Shown: one piece after another, positions 1 through 15,021 of the stretch
Layout: each line of letters starts with the position of its first letter
Numbering within the stretch: position 1 is the first letter of the stretch
Assembly (NCBI RefSeq): GCF_009914755.1
Contig: NC_060934.1
From: the human T2T-CHM13v2.0 reference genome, Homo sapiens
Reading direction: 5' to 3' (one strand)
DNA: 64,000 bases
The notes under the pieces: generated by a model
Seen by the model: the letters and a program-made list of their open reading frames with translations, nothing else
Told to the model about the DNA's origin: nothing
The model's database searches: none
Program-made: the position numbers and the translations under genes

Positions 1-1487
1 TGGGCTGTGATTGCTGACAAATGCTGATTTGAGCTTCTTCTCTGCACAGCTCCTTAAATGCCCCTCAACATAAAACAGACATGAAAGAGGGTGAAGCCGC
101 TGCGGCCCTCCTGGGACCCACGTGGGAGGATGAAGACAGTAAACAGGCACTAGACTCCGCCAGAAGCAGACGCACCACGTTGGTTGATTTTATCCTGCAG
201 AAAAACATCTCAAACAGCCTGTCAATCTCTGGACATGTTTCTAACTCAGTCAAGTACCAGGTTTCACTTATAAAAATGAAGACTCTTCAAGAGGTAAAAA
301 GACACCAAATACATTCAAAGTATAGATTTTCAATTTCTCAAGTCACATTTTCTGAACGTGTTAAGGGAATCCTACAAACAGGGCAGCACATGGCAGAGGC
401 TGGCTCGGCTTCACACGTGTTCATGGTGCAACTGCTGCAGTGGGGAGCAGCCCCGCAGGAGGAGTGGGAACCGAGGAGGATGCAGGTCCTGCCCTTGGGA
501 GCTTCCAGACCAACAGCAGAGAGAACCTGAAGTAACACAACTCCTCTGAGAGGCCCTGAGGGCTCTGCAGATTTGTTCAAAGGAGTGAGAAATCACCATG
601 GTCCTGAGAGGGGGAAGGCTTCCTGGAGGAGGTGGCATTTGAGACAGGACTGGAGAGAAGCAGGAGGGTTTTCAGCTGTGAGGAGAGATAATATATGCAG
701 AGGCCCAAGCTGAACCTAGGGAAAGATCTAGGAGGGTAATTCCGGCTGAAAAGCAGGAGAGAAGGCAAGTAGGAGGGAGGTTCCGGGCTCCGGGTTAAGG
801 AAGGTTATGTGGGCTTGAAGGTCCAGTGAGGAGTCGCTGTGTCACGGAAGGGCTGAGGAGAGAAGTGACTCCAACAGAACAGAGCTTTAGGAATCCAGGA
901 TGTCGGCTCTCTGCCAGAAATCTTCGGACGCCACAGCCAGCCTGACCTTTACAGTCTATGAAGCCTGAGGGCTTTACTTTGCAGGAGTAGATGAGAGATT
1001 AGAGAGGATGCCTGACCTGAGATCACACACCAAACAGCCCTGGCCAGTCCTGAATGCAGAGCCCCTGCCTGCGAGCCCAAGGTGCCTGCAAACGGGCTCA
1101 GTTTGGTGACAAGGCTGCAGGGAGGGTTGAGAATGGCATGGATGCAGTAGGCTGTGTGCAGTAGCCCTGCAAGTTCCAGAGCTGACTACTGGAAATAAGA
1201 CCGGGCCATCTCGGCACCAAGGGCCAGGACCTGGCTTCTGGGTCAGCATGGCAGGGACTGGACAAATCCACAATCTTCCAAGCAAATGTGGGATTGCTCG
1301 GGTTTAAATTGTGGGTCCAGGACATGTCTCAAGGGCCCAGAAGGGTCACTTGCACCATCGTCTCTTTCACCCCTGCAACTCCCCCTTCTGAACTGCAAAG
1401 GTGGTTTATAGTTTTAAATGCTTTATAGCACTGCCTCCATATCTACTGCTGTGAGGCTCAGATTTTCCTACCATGGGCTTAGTTGAG

Positions 1488-1698
1488 AGCTGTGTGGCCC
1501 AATATGTAGCCTTTAGCCACAAGTGGCTATTAAAAGTTTAATTAAAATGAACATTCTATAATAGAAGAAACCCAGTTTTTAAGTTTCACTGACCACCTTT
1601 AAAGTACTCAATAGCCACACGTGGCCAGCACTGTGGCATTCGATAGCACACAATAGGACATTTCCATCATCACGGAAAGTTCTATTGGCCAACACTGG
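1488..1698 (-). mobile_element. MER3-like hAT-Charlie DNA transposon
   Basis: Reverse complement resembles the MER3 consensus (ccaatagaactttccgtgatgatggaaatg..., agccac-gtggct internal palindromes). Confidence 0.7.
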
Positions 1699-1704
1699 CT
1701 TATA

Positions 1705-2230
<526 letters not shown>

Positions 2231-2506
2231 AGTATAGATTGTGCAAAAGCTGTATGAGAATCTTTTCTCTAAAGATGCTTACTGGCATCTCCAAGAGCCA
2301 ATAGTGGGTCCCAAACAAGTGTCTCTCCTGGGAAAGAGGCAGAGAACATAGTGCTGTCAGCATCAGTGCTGAGCTTAGTGGGGGTGCAGGATGGCCACCC
2401 CTAAGCAGGCACCTTGTCTAGGCTGACCAACCTCAGAAAGAGGTAGTGGGGTGGCTGCAAGCCTACCCAGAAAAGTCACACACACCAGAAGGGTCTTACC
2501 ATTTGC

Positions 2507-2512
2507 TTTATT
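2507..2512 (-). terminator. CPXM2: Distal polyadenylation signal AATAAA of CPXM2
   Basis: tttatt on the plus strand, ~1.1 kb past the stop codon; followed on the minus strand by a GU-rich tract (ctggtgtgtgtgactttt). Confidence 0.75.
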
Positions 2513-3103
2513 TTTTTTTTTCATTTTTCCCAGGTCAATGAGGCAGCAACATTAACAAAAAGTGAGACATACTTTTTTCTTGCAAGATAATTCAATAATT
2601 CTTCCCAAACTGATGCTCCACAGATAATCCTAAGAGGTTTTCATTACATTTAGCCTAATCTGGAAGATCTGGCATTCTACATATCAAAAATAACTCCCAG
2701 GCTGATATGAGGCCAACCCATGAGCACTCAATTCCACACAGGGGCAATACCTCAAGCAGAGAGAGGGCTTCAGGCCACCCCACTTCTGGCTCTTTCCAGT
2801 CCTAGCAGGTAAAAGAGGAGATCCAGGCTAAATTTTCTGGCCCTTCAGGAAGGCTGGCACCTCTGGCTCTCCCTACCTGGGGAACCTCCAGGGCTACTGG
2901 ATCAGCAGGGACTTTGGGGGTTGTTTATGGACCCAGAATTTGTGCAAGAAGCTCCATGCTTGCTGCCCAACAAACTCCTGAATGATCTCAGCCTCTCTCT
3001 CCTTTTCTGAACACACTCCTTTGTTGAAAAAGGAGACTAAACAGATTCAAGAGGCTCACTGATGTGCACTTGGCAATGACGCTATTGTCAAAAGAACACA
3101 GAA

Positions 3104-3109
3104 TTTATT
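3104..3109 (-). terminator. CPXM2: Candidate proximal polyadenylation signal AATAAA
   Basis: Minus strand reads acAATAAAttctgtgttcttttgac. Confidence 0.45.
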
Positions 3110-3616
3110 TGTAGCAGCTTGCAATGTCCCAGGGCCAGAGAGGGTGGATTCTCTTAGGACGCCTGGGAGCATCTCAAATGGTAACATTTGGGACAGCCCA
3201 GCTGGGGAAATGCTGCAATTTTAGCTGTGCAAATTGCAAATGCACGTGGAACCCTTGCTGCCACGCAAACAGGGGAAGCACCAGAATCCTTTTCTATGCA
3301 GCCAGAGGCTCTGAACGGACAGGCTCCCCTCCTTCTCCTTCTCTCTCTGATTCCCAGGTTGGCTTGCTGAGTTCTCTCACTCCCATCAGCTTTTCTCTGC
3401 TGCTCTGTCCAAGTTATTTGGATAAATGGGAACAAAGAAAAGAAAACAGCCTCAGCCTCCAGCCTTCCCTTTTGGGACCTGCCTCACAATGCACCCTCTC
3501 TTCCAGGCACTTCTTGAATTACAGAGGAAACAACAGTGAGTGAGTCCACTATGGAGCTACTACCAGGTTGGTTTAATTTGCATGGGTCCCAGACGAGTCT
3601 CAAGGGCCCAGGAGGG

Positions 3617-3970
<354 letters not shown>

Positions 3971-4584
3971 TCAGGCTGGCAACGTGGAATCCGAGCTCCT
4001 GCAGATGCAAATTCTTAATGCATTTTGGAAGCCCAGATGTTTTCCTCTCTGAAAGCTGCCTTAATGGTTTTAACAGGGAGGGGAGGTATAGGCTCCCCGC
4101 AGTGTCAATACACAGGAGCAAAGCTGGAGAGCCGATCACTAATGCTCTGTGACAATATGAGCCATTCATGATGAACTTGAACTTCCAAACAGTATGCCCT
4201 CGCCACAAAATGCCATCTTGAAAAGCCATCAGTGCAGGGCCTCCTGGCTTCCTTAGCATGGCTGCAAGTACACAACAACCATTTTTCAAAGGTGTGGGCT
4301 TTTCACTTCTGGAAAGAGAAGGAAAGGACTACATGGACTGAGGTCAGATGGCCCCAGAGAGGCCCTGGCACCTGTACCCCATTCCCTGGCTGGGGCCTGG
4401 AGAGACTTGGGAGTTGCAGGGCCATCTATACATGGACGCTGTGGGGCAGAGGAGCCTTGAGACCACATGAGACCCATGCTGGAGCTGAGGTGGTGCCCAT
4501 GCCTCCCAGGTAACTACCAGCCGATTACCTCCCAGGCACCTAATGTGACCTGGGTCCATCCTCAGCTCTAGGCTAGATCCCTGT

Positions 4585-4851
<267 letters not shown>

Positions 4852-6403
4852 TTAGATCCACAGCATATCAGAGACCATGAAACAGAAAAGGAGACACCAG
4901 AGGCCATCTTGGGGAACACCACCCACACGCAAAAAGACGAGGCTGGCACTGGCTCACTGAACACTCCAAGTGACTCTGTGATGCAGGCTGCATGCTTATT
5001 CCCTTTTCTACGTGAGTAATTTGATGCCCAGAGAGGTGTAGTATCCTGCACCAGGTCACACGGCTAGTAATCAGCAGTCTTTCGCTTGTGACAATCTGAA
5101 TGTCCTGCCCAGTCTAAAGTTTTGGAGCCAGGTAGAGAAAAGGTTGGGTTTGATCAAGTACTAAGTAGGCCCTGGTCAAGGTTTGCTTATCTTAGCAAGT
5201 CCTGAAGTCTTCTAACGGATGGAAGAAAACTATGTGTGTGTTTGTAAATATACGTCTCCCACATACACAGATCTATAACACTTCGAAGCATCATGTTGAA
5301 ATCATGCACATTCTAATCTCAATTCATCCAAGACACCCCGTGCAATACACTGAGCTCACAGGAGCACAGGACATGATGGGAAATGAAATGTGGAGGCAGT
5401 CGTTTGCCACATGTACATCACTAAGGAGCTGAATGGAAAACAGGACTCCATCTGAGAGGCCCAGGTACACGCTCAGGTGGGCGGCTCCCTGGCACTTCTT
5501 GGCGCTGTGTGCTGGGTCTTTTTTTAATGAAATGGCAAGTTCTTCAACTAAATAAAATGCCACATTAGACCTTTTCAGGAGCACGTCGACAGGCTGAATT
5601 ATGCCATCAGGTGACTCGAGCCTCGCAGCAAAGTTTGTCTTTGGAGATCTCCCTCAGGGTCCCCACAGTCCCTGACAAGCCCGAGCGAGCCACCTCCTCC
5701 ACGTGCCCTCCCTGTCCTCTCCCCTCTCCATGCTACCAGGCAGTATGTCCTTGAGAGTGGAAATGGCCTCCGCTTCCTGCCTCGGCCCGGTGTTAAAGCT
5801 GTAGGCGCCTGAAGAGCCCGTGTTTTCCTCTTCTGTGCTCAACATGCGTGCCATTTATCCTCCTGGACTGAACGCCGAACAGGTCTGAACATTGGTTTAT
5901 CTGAATGGGCTGGAGAGAAGTGAGCAACCAGGACAGCATGTGGCTTACTGGCCTGAGAAGCAGAGCATATTAGGTCTCAGCTACCAAGGGTGCTCAGAGG
6001 GGATTAGTTAAGGCCGAGAGCCTGCCCCCACCAACAGCTATTGTGGGGCGCTGGACGTTGGAGGCCCCTGGAAGCAAACCTCTCAGTGGGAGCACCTGAC
6101 TCAATGGCACTTGGAAGTTGGTTTAAATACCTCAGGGAGGGGGCAGCCCAGGTTCTCACCAAGGGAGGTGTTCAGTAAGCTGAGCAGTGAAAGAAACCCA
6201 CAATTAATGGTTATCAGCATAACTGGCTCAAGTTCATATTTCTAATAAGAAGCCTTTGTGATTCCCCTTATCCCTGCAAAAGCCAGAAGAAGCCCTCCCT
6301 GCCCCCTCCCTAGTCCACCCTCTGTGCTGTCGCTGGCCTTCTCATACACATCATGGTGCTTACTCCCTAAACCTGCTGTTATCGCAGGGCCACATGGCGA
6401 TGA

Positions 6404-6971
<568 letters not shown>

Positions 6972-7209
6972 CTAGAGTTCATTTTTAATAATGAAAGCTA
7001 TTCTTACTAATTTTCAAGAAATTTGTTCTGTCCTTGTGGCCCTGTCAGATAAGCCCTCTAATTTTTGAGGAGAAATAGACAAGCAGGTGGAGACAGTGTT
7101 CCTGAGAGCCTGAGGGTTCACCCCATTCAGATAAGGGCTCAGTGCTTAGAGCAAAACCCAACGCAGGTCCTGGGGGCCCCTTCCACATCATTGCACTCCA
7201 CTGCTCCCA

Positions 7210-7575
7210 GCCGGCCTCTCTCCAGCCACACAAGTCTTCCTTTTGTTCCTTGATTCTTGACTCTGAGCCTTTGCAATTACTGTTGCCTCCAACTGGAATG
7301 CTATTCTTTGCTCTTCTAAAGGCCAGCCTGTGTATGTCCCCTTAGGGAGGGACCCTTCCTTGGCTTTCCCACCTATTTGTAAATATCACTTAATTTATTT
7401 TTTTCATGGCACTGATCATAGTGTGTAGTAAACTTTTAAATCTTCCTTTGGAATTATCTCTAGGTCTCCTTCACTAGAATGTGTACTTTTAGAGGTCATA
7501 TTTGTTTTGCTCACCACAGTATTTCTAGTCTGGTACACAGTAGGAGCTCAATAAGAAAGGTCAAAAGAATGAATA
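7210..7575 (+). mobile_element. L2 3' end remnant
   Basis: gcctttgca...tggaatgct...ctagaatgtg...acacagtaggagctcaataag...gaatgaat, typical of the L2 terminus. Confidence 0.55.
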
Positions 7576-7925
7576 CAACGATCAGGACTGTGTGTGGGTT
7601 CACACAGTCAGAATGAGGGGTGTTGGCCATGTCATCTCAAAGCTTCTACTGCAGAGACATGGATCTGCCTGATGCCCTCATTGGCCTGGCAGGGTACGCT
7701 GTCCTCAGTTCTTGGCTGTTTTCCCCATGTCTTCCTTGAGGCTCTCACTTTCTCTGCTTCTGTCTCTAACCACTGGAAAAGTCTGGAATCACTCACATTA
7801 TGAAAAGCAGGAGATGCAGTGTTGGGCTGTTGTCCCCATGAGTGCTCAGGTCTGTGTTCAGGGTGAACCTTCTAGGGAGCTGCAGTGGAAGTCAACACAT
7901 AATGGGCATCCCGGGCATTCATGCG

Positions 7926-8349
7926 TGCCAAGCCTGTCCCGCAGACTCTGGCCAAGAGATGGATGAAAGAAGTATGCAGACACAGGTATTTTGCCTGAGC
8001 GTGTGGCTAGGGAACTGCACGGCTTAGCGCCACTGACGAGAGTGCAGCACCCATAAGCCAGAGATGTTTGTATTTATTTAGTACAGATTTAATGACAAAG
8101 GCTTGGAGCAAACACAATTTGTGGGTAATTAACATTGTCGACCCCCCGAGTAGAGAGCAGTCCTGTGTGCAAATGATCAAAGGTTGATATCTGGAGACAT
8201 AAGTAAACAAATTCATCCAAATAAATTCCTTTACATTCCCTTGTTATCTACCCTTTGCCCTTCCGAAGTTTTGCAAAACGTCCTGACCTTCTAAGAAGGT
8301 TTGCGTCTTTCCTTATAATTTCTCCCGCCACCCTGACACATCTCCTATA
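7926..8349 (-). mobile_element. Solo LTR22-like (HERV-K22/HML-5) LTR, sense to CPXM2
   Basis: Minus strand starts tataggagatgtgtcagggtggcgggagaaattataaggaaagacgcaaacc and ends ggccagagtctgcgggacaggcttggca, matching recalled LTR22 termini. Confidence 0.75.
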
Positions 8350-9639
8350 CGTGGGCAGAAGGGGCAACTCAGGCCCAAAGAATGTCCACACAGGAGCAGG
8401 TCAGTTCAGTACCCACCAAGCAAAGGACAGGCATGTGGAACGGTGAGCCGGGTGTCTGTCCAACATACTGATATGCATCTAACTCAAAGCATTCCTACCA
8501 GCTTCCCTCCCTGTGGAATTCCATTTAATACCCCTGTTTATTTTATGCAAAATCCATCCCGAAATAAAACTTGTCAGATCACATAAACCTCAGATAGAAA
8601 TCAAGGCAAATTCAGAGCTTTTCTTGAGAACCGAAAGATTCTGAAACAGAACAAAGAGCCGTGTGTAAAGTATGGAGTTTATCTGTCATGAGAATACACT
8701 GGGAAATTATTTATAGAGGGGAAAATCAAGGGAGGGAGATGCATTTCCCATTAGCTCATCAAAACTGTCTCATTGATTGCAGGGGCTCGAAACTCAGCAC
8801 CCATTAGGCAAAGTATTCTATCTTGGCTTATGAGGCCCCAGGGTCTTTTTATCTCCCACTCAGTTCAAAACTCCCACATTTTCTCACATTGCATACAAAG
8901 CACTAAATAGTCAAGGAATGTTCTAGGCTCTTTTAGAATTGTCATTTCAAAGGAGCTTCATTTGTAATGTTTAAAATACAAATCCTATGCAGAACCACAT
9001 CACACAGCCTTTCATGCATAATGATCGCCAACACTCTGCGTGGTCTCTGGCACATTCCAGCTATGCAATCTACATTTGCTGAATTAATTAAGGAATAGTG
9101 AATAAATATATGAAAAAAATGAACACCTATGAGGGGCTACTACGTACAAAATTCCATGGTATTCAGTGTGAAGCCTCATGGTTCATGGCTATAAGATCAG
9201 TGACAAATGGTAGGAATGTTCAGAAAATATTATTGAGCAAAGAAATCAGTAACTAGACGGGAAAAATGCAATTTATGGCATTACACAGCAATCTACTATT
9301 TTGTGGCATTTTAGACACATTTCCCCCATTTACATATTTGGTCTTTTATGCCAGGCCCACTGCTAGGGAGCCTGGCAATGAAGGATACATGGGCCAGGTC
9401 TGAACCCCAGCCTCGCCTCATCCTAATGTCCCAAAGTCTGCTTCCTGGCAGGTGGAATGGGATCTTTTGTTGGCACGACAGGATCATGGGAACAGTTTGC
9501 AGAGAAGGAGCCTCTCCTCCCTGTTCAAGAAAAATGGCATGGAAATAAAGGAAGGAGCACCAGATTTGAAGTCTCCAGTGCTTGGCTCAAATCATAGCTC
9601 TGCCACTCACTGGGTAATCCTGGAACATCACGGACTGTT

Positions 9640-10000
9640 CATCCGCCCATTCACCAACAAGTATTTATCGAGCATCCACTGCTCAGAAGTGGCCAGGCAG
9701 GGTGCTCGTAATACATTGAGGAACAAACCAACAAAACAGTCAAGGGCTCCTGACCTCATGGGGGCGAAGAGACAGAAACAAATCATGAGCAGAGTACACA
9801 TGAGCCTCTTACGTGGTGTGTTAGAAGGGAGACATGCCACGGGGAAGGGACAAAGTTGGGGCAGGTAAGAGGGACCAACAGTGCAGCGGGGAGGTGTGCC
9901 ATGCTCATAGGGGTCAGGGTTGGTTGCACTGAGAGGGTGACGTCTGAGCAAAGACCTGAAAGGGAGGAGGCAGGAACCCAGAGACCCCCCGGGGAAGAAG
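9640..10000 (-). mobile_element. L2 remnant
   Basis: cattcaccaacaagtatttatcgagcatccact ... tctgagcaaagacctgaa motifs. Confidence 0.55.
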
Positions 10001-11484
10001 GTTCAGGTGGACAGAGGCGCCGCAGTGATGACCCCCGTGTAGTGTCAGTCCACGGGGATCAGTGGGAAGTCAGATCATGGGACAGTCAGCCCTGTTTGCC
10101 TAGGACAGGGGTGGGGAGTGGGACACAGCATTTTCAGTTTTAAGTGGGGAATCCCAGGTCATGACAGCCCTGTGGCACAAAAGAAAAACCTGGACTTGTC
10201 AAGCACCTTTATTTTCATATCACTTTCTAACCAGCAAAGAACAGGGCAGAGTCCTCTGGGACCCTGAGGGGCACCTGCAGGGCATCTTCCAGCCCACCTG
10301 GGGGTCAGAAACCTGAAGCCAAACCCCACTAACCCCTTAACCATCAGTGGGTCACTGCCCTCCTTGAGCTTCTGTTTTTCACCTGAATAAGTGGGAAAGA
10401 ATGGCCTGTCTCCCTCAAAGGGATAAAGTGAAAACAACTGAGAGAAAGCATGTATGAGCGTTCTTTGAGAACAGATCGTGTGGGGAACAGCTCCTTGTTC
10501 CTGCTGTTGCTGAGTGATCCAGGGGCAGCCTTCTGCTGTCCTGACGTGGTACGGCCACTTCATATTTGGTTTATAAAACCCTGGGTCTTACAATTTCTTT
10601 TCTTCCACAGCAAAGAGAGTTGGAATAAGATGTCAGCACTGCCTTTTAGAGATCATCCTCTGACCCTCAGATTATCCAAGTTCCTAGAATTTTGTACCCT
10701 CCATTCAAAAGGGAATCACGCGTACTAACCCTGACTAGTTAACACCATGAGACACTCATCCCTTCCAGTGAGTGGGAGCTGAGTCTCCCTGAAGCATTTC
10801 ATCTAATGACAGCATCAAGAAAATACAATTTATGTGAGGAATGATGGAGTTAAATGACAGAGCTAATACAAGAAAGCTATTAAGAGAGTGGCATATAGGA
10901 GATGCCCACGTTTATTGTTACTGTTATTCTTATCCTACCCTTCACATTACAGACACCTGAGTCTTCCTAAGACATCACGCTCAGTGATTTCCTGTGCTTT
11001 AATGGAAAAAGTGCATCCTCTCTGGCCAGTCCCAACCCACCCCTCCAGCTGTCCTCTTGCTGCTGGTCCCTTCAAACTCTCCACTCCTCCACAAGTCACC
11101 CAGTCTACAGCTTCTCCCTCTCCGGAGCAGCCTGGCTCCCTCGCTCCCTGGCCCCTCTGCACTCATGGACACAGGCCACATTCCACCTGGTCTGAGAGCT
11201 AAGCTGCCTGCAGATGCAACAACTCCATGGAGACAGAGCTGCTTCCTCAACTCCTTAGAAACTTCCACTGTGCCTGGAGGCCAGCTGGTGGCTGCACAGC
11301 CATCCTGTGAAAGGGACAGCGAGCAACCAGCAAGCACAGGCTGAAAACCTCCCTTCCAAGGGTCTCTTGAAAAGTGGGAAATTTAGAGGAAGGAGACTGT
11401 AATTTGGCTCTGAGTAAGACATTTCTGGCAGTCATTTCATGATTGTAACCCAAGTAAAATGCCTAAAAAAATGGGTATTTCTTA

Positions 11485-11691
<207 letters not shown>

Positions 11692-11755
11692 TCAACCCAC
11701 CATTGGCCGGTTCCCACCAAGAACTCACACAGCACCACGTCTTGCTCAGAAGGCT

Positions 11756-12263
11756 TGGAACCGAAAAGCAGTTCATTGCTCACTGCATTGTTGGGTTCAA
11801 TTAACAAGGGCGAGGTCTTAATGTAAGAAAAGTGAACTTATTTCTGAAGCTAGCATTAGGGAAGCATCCTGCTTTAAAATGTGCCACTTCTCCTTTGGAG
11901 CAAAAAGCTGATACTTTTATAAGGGGAGGGGGCTAGTGAGCAAGGGCAGCGGTCCCCCTGCTAGCCTGGTGTCTTATCTACCAGATAGTTGAGCTGGCAC
12001 CTTCCTGGGCAGAAATAAGTTGTAGAAGTAGCCAATGGGCATGCTTTCGGCATGCCCTCTGAGGCCAGCCCCTGGAGGTGGGTGGTCTGCCTTGGAGCAC
12101 AGATGAGCTTGTCCTGCAGGGAATGTCTGCTGAGGGGGAAGTGACAGGTTATTTTGCATTTCAAAAAGGGCTAAGTGGGAAGCAGGGGAAAGGAGAAAGG
12201 AGGAAAGAAGAGAAAAAAGCCAGTTAAATTATCTCTTAGAAAAATAGGAGTCCTCCAGTTATA
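11756..12263 (-). mobile_element. Solo ERV1 (MER4-group, LTR29/MER66-like) LTR, sense to CPXM2
   Basis: Minus strand ...cctatttttctaagagataatttaa...cccacttagccctttttgaaatgcaaaataacc... is homologous to the plus-strand LTR at 44722-45564; near-TSD ggct/ggat. Subfamily uncertain. Confidence 0.7.
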
Positions 12264-13404
12264 GGATTGCCTGGCTCTGTGTGGATTTGGAATGTAAACT
12301 TCTGCATTTCTTTTGGGTTCTTGCACCAGAAAGTCTTCCATTAGAATGTCCAGAGGCTTAAAAAATATTAGGATCTGAGACGGTTCACAGAAACACATTT
12401 ACTAAAAACTGAAATTTAATTTTTATAGGCACATTTATTTTGACTTTGTGGGACTTGCTGACTTAAAAGTCAGAGGGAAAAGAAACAATTCAAAGAAACC
12501 TTCCTATAGATGACAACTCCATGCATAGACCCTTCCAATGACTTGTGTCATGCGATGCACTCAAACCTTATGCCTCAGTTTCCCCACCTGTAGAATGATG
12601 TGCCAATCCAAGGTGACATTCCATCATTACCAATGACTTTACGCATATTTCGAGGACTGGGCATTTTATCCATAGGAGGCCCTTTGGCTATGGCATCATT
12701 ACTTAAGACTGATCAGGTTGTTACAGTCAAGTCTTTCTCTTTACAGGGATGCAAAAGAAAAAGGGCCTTCTCTTACAAAATTCCAGGGTGGGAACAGGAA
12801 TTCCTTGAGTGAGAGGTTCCCCAAAGAAGGAAAAATAGACTCACACCCTTCTGTGCCAGAGCAGCTCACCGGGGGCTGGGTATCCCAAGACCATCATGGG
12901 ACAGAGTCAGATGCTAAATCCTGGTGCCAACCTCTGCCCCCTGTGCAGAAGTGCAGCCAAAAGTGCCAGCCAAAGCCATGGGCTGAATGTGCCTTCTGAC
13001 TCCTGAGCACAACCCATGGAAGGGGAACCTTGTGTCCAGCCTCAGAGTCTTACTTCCTAATGGATGGAGGTTAAGGTGGAGTCAGAATTAACACTTAGAA
13101 AAAAACAGGAGCCCTGAGGCTTGACACTTGTTTCTGTTTAATCCATTACTTTCCAGGTAGTCTGTTCCTTAGTGGGGCCCGGATATTGTTTGGTTAGTTG
13201 CAGAACTAGAACTGGTGAATTCACTAATGCTGCAAGATGGATGTGTCCTTGACAGCCTACGGCAGGGAGGTGTCCAAGGTTCTCAGCGGAGGCAGCAGCA
13301 ACCCCTCCCCAGCTGGGCAGCAGAGCCCAGCGGTACTTGTTAAAGCTGCTCCCAGGTCATTCACCTCTGCCACCTGCAACAGTGACTCTGAAGGCCTGGG
13401 AGGG

Positions 13405-13770
13405 TGTTAGGGACTCAGTTGTGTCCCCACCCCACCCCGACCCCCATATTCATATGTTGAAGCCCTAACCCCAGTATCTCAGAATGTGACTATGTACAGA
13501 CGGAGCCTTCGAAGAGGTAATTAAGGGAAAAGGAGGCTGTTAAGGTGGCATCCTCCTAAGAAGAGGAAATTTGGACTCATACACAGAGGTGCATGCACAG
13601 AGGGATAACCACCGCATGAAGAGGTGGCAAGATGGCAGCCGAGGAGACAAGCCTCCGAGGACACCGACCCTGTGGATGGCTTGGTTTCGGACTTCCGGCC
13701 TCCAGAGCTGCAAGTCTGCCTTGTAAGCCACCTGGTGTTTTGTGATGGCAGCCAGCGTAGACTGAGACGA
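13405..13770 (+). mobile_element. MLT1A/B-type MaLR LTR
   Basis: tgttagggactcagttgtgtcccc...attcatatgttgaagccctaacccc...ggacttccggcctccagagctg...agactgagac. Confidence 0.8.
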
Positions 13771-13913
13771 GGGGCCTGGGCACATTGGCTCAAACACATA
13801 GCACCTGTTCCCTGCGGAGCAGCATCAGAGAGCTCAGGAACCAGTCCCAATTGCTCCAGGCCAGTGGGGACAATGACCATTGGTTTAGAGCTCTCTTCCC
13901 TGAGGCCTGCTCA

Positions 13914-14477
<564 letters not shown>

Positions 14478-14654
14478 CTATTTAGATAAAATACTTTATT
14501 AAAGTAAAAAAGTTTAATGCTCCTTTTTGGAGTAAAGCTATCATTCATGAACACTATAGGTTTTAAGTGTTTGATTAAGTTTATCTCTACAGTTGTGCTG
14601 TCTCAGCTATAGCTCTATGACAGTCTTCTATTTTGATTCCAAAAACTGCGATCC

Positions 14655-14870
14655 TTAACCACTGTTTGCCAAGTGCCTCCTATAAGCCAGGATCTGTCCT
14701 AAGCACTCTGCAGCCATTAGGTTACTTAATTTTCACCCCAAACCCAGCAGAGGTAGGCAACACAGCACAATTTTACAAATAGGAAAATTGAGGTTGAGAA
14801 GGGGAAGAATAGTACCCAGGACCTTGTATGTGTCTGGAAAGGGCCAGAGTCAGGGTTTGGGCCCAGGTCT
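14655..14870 (-). mobile_element. MIR remnant
   Basis: attttacaaataggaaaattgaggttgagaagggg resembles the MIR core. Confidence 0.5.
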
Positions 14871-15021
14871 GCATGCCCTTGCCCACAGCTCCGAATAGAC
14901 CATCGCTGCTTGGGGACTCGTAGGCAAACCCACTCTCCCAGTATGCCTGAAAGCAGACAAGCCTTCTGCCTCCTGGCATGACGACAGCAGGACAGGAAGC
15001 CCCAGCCTAATGTGTAGTCGG

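Larger units (their letters stand above)
2485..3616 (-). other. CPXM2: CPXM2 3' UTR (end approximate)
   Basis: Sequence without recognisable repeats between the TGA stop (3617-3619) and the inferred cleavage site ~20 nt past the distal AATAAA. Confidence 0.7.

Noticed and set aside
5580-5880. Mild CpG enrichment in intron 13
   Set aside because: Too short and sparse to call a CpG island or promoter by eye.
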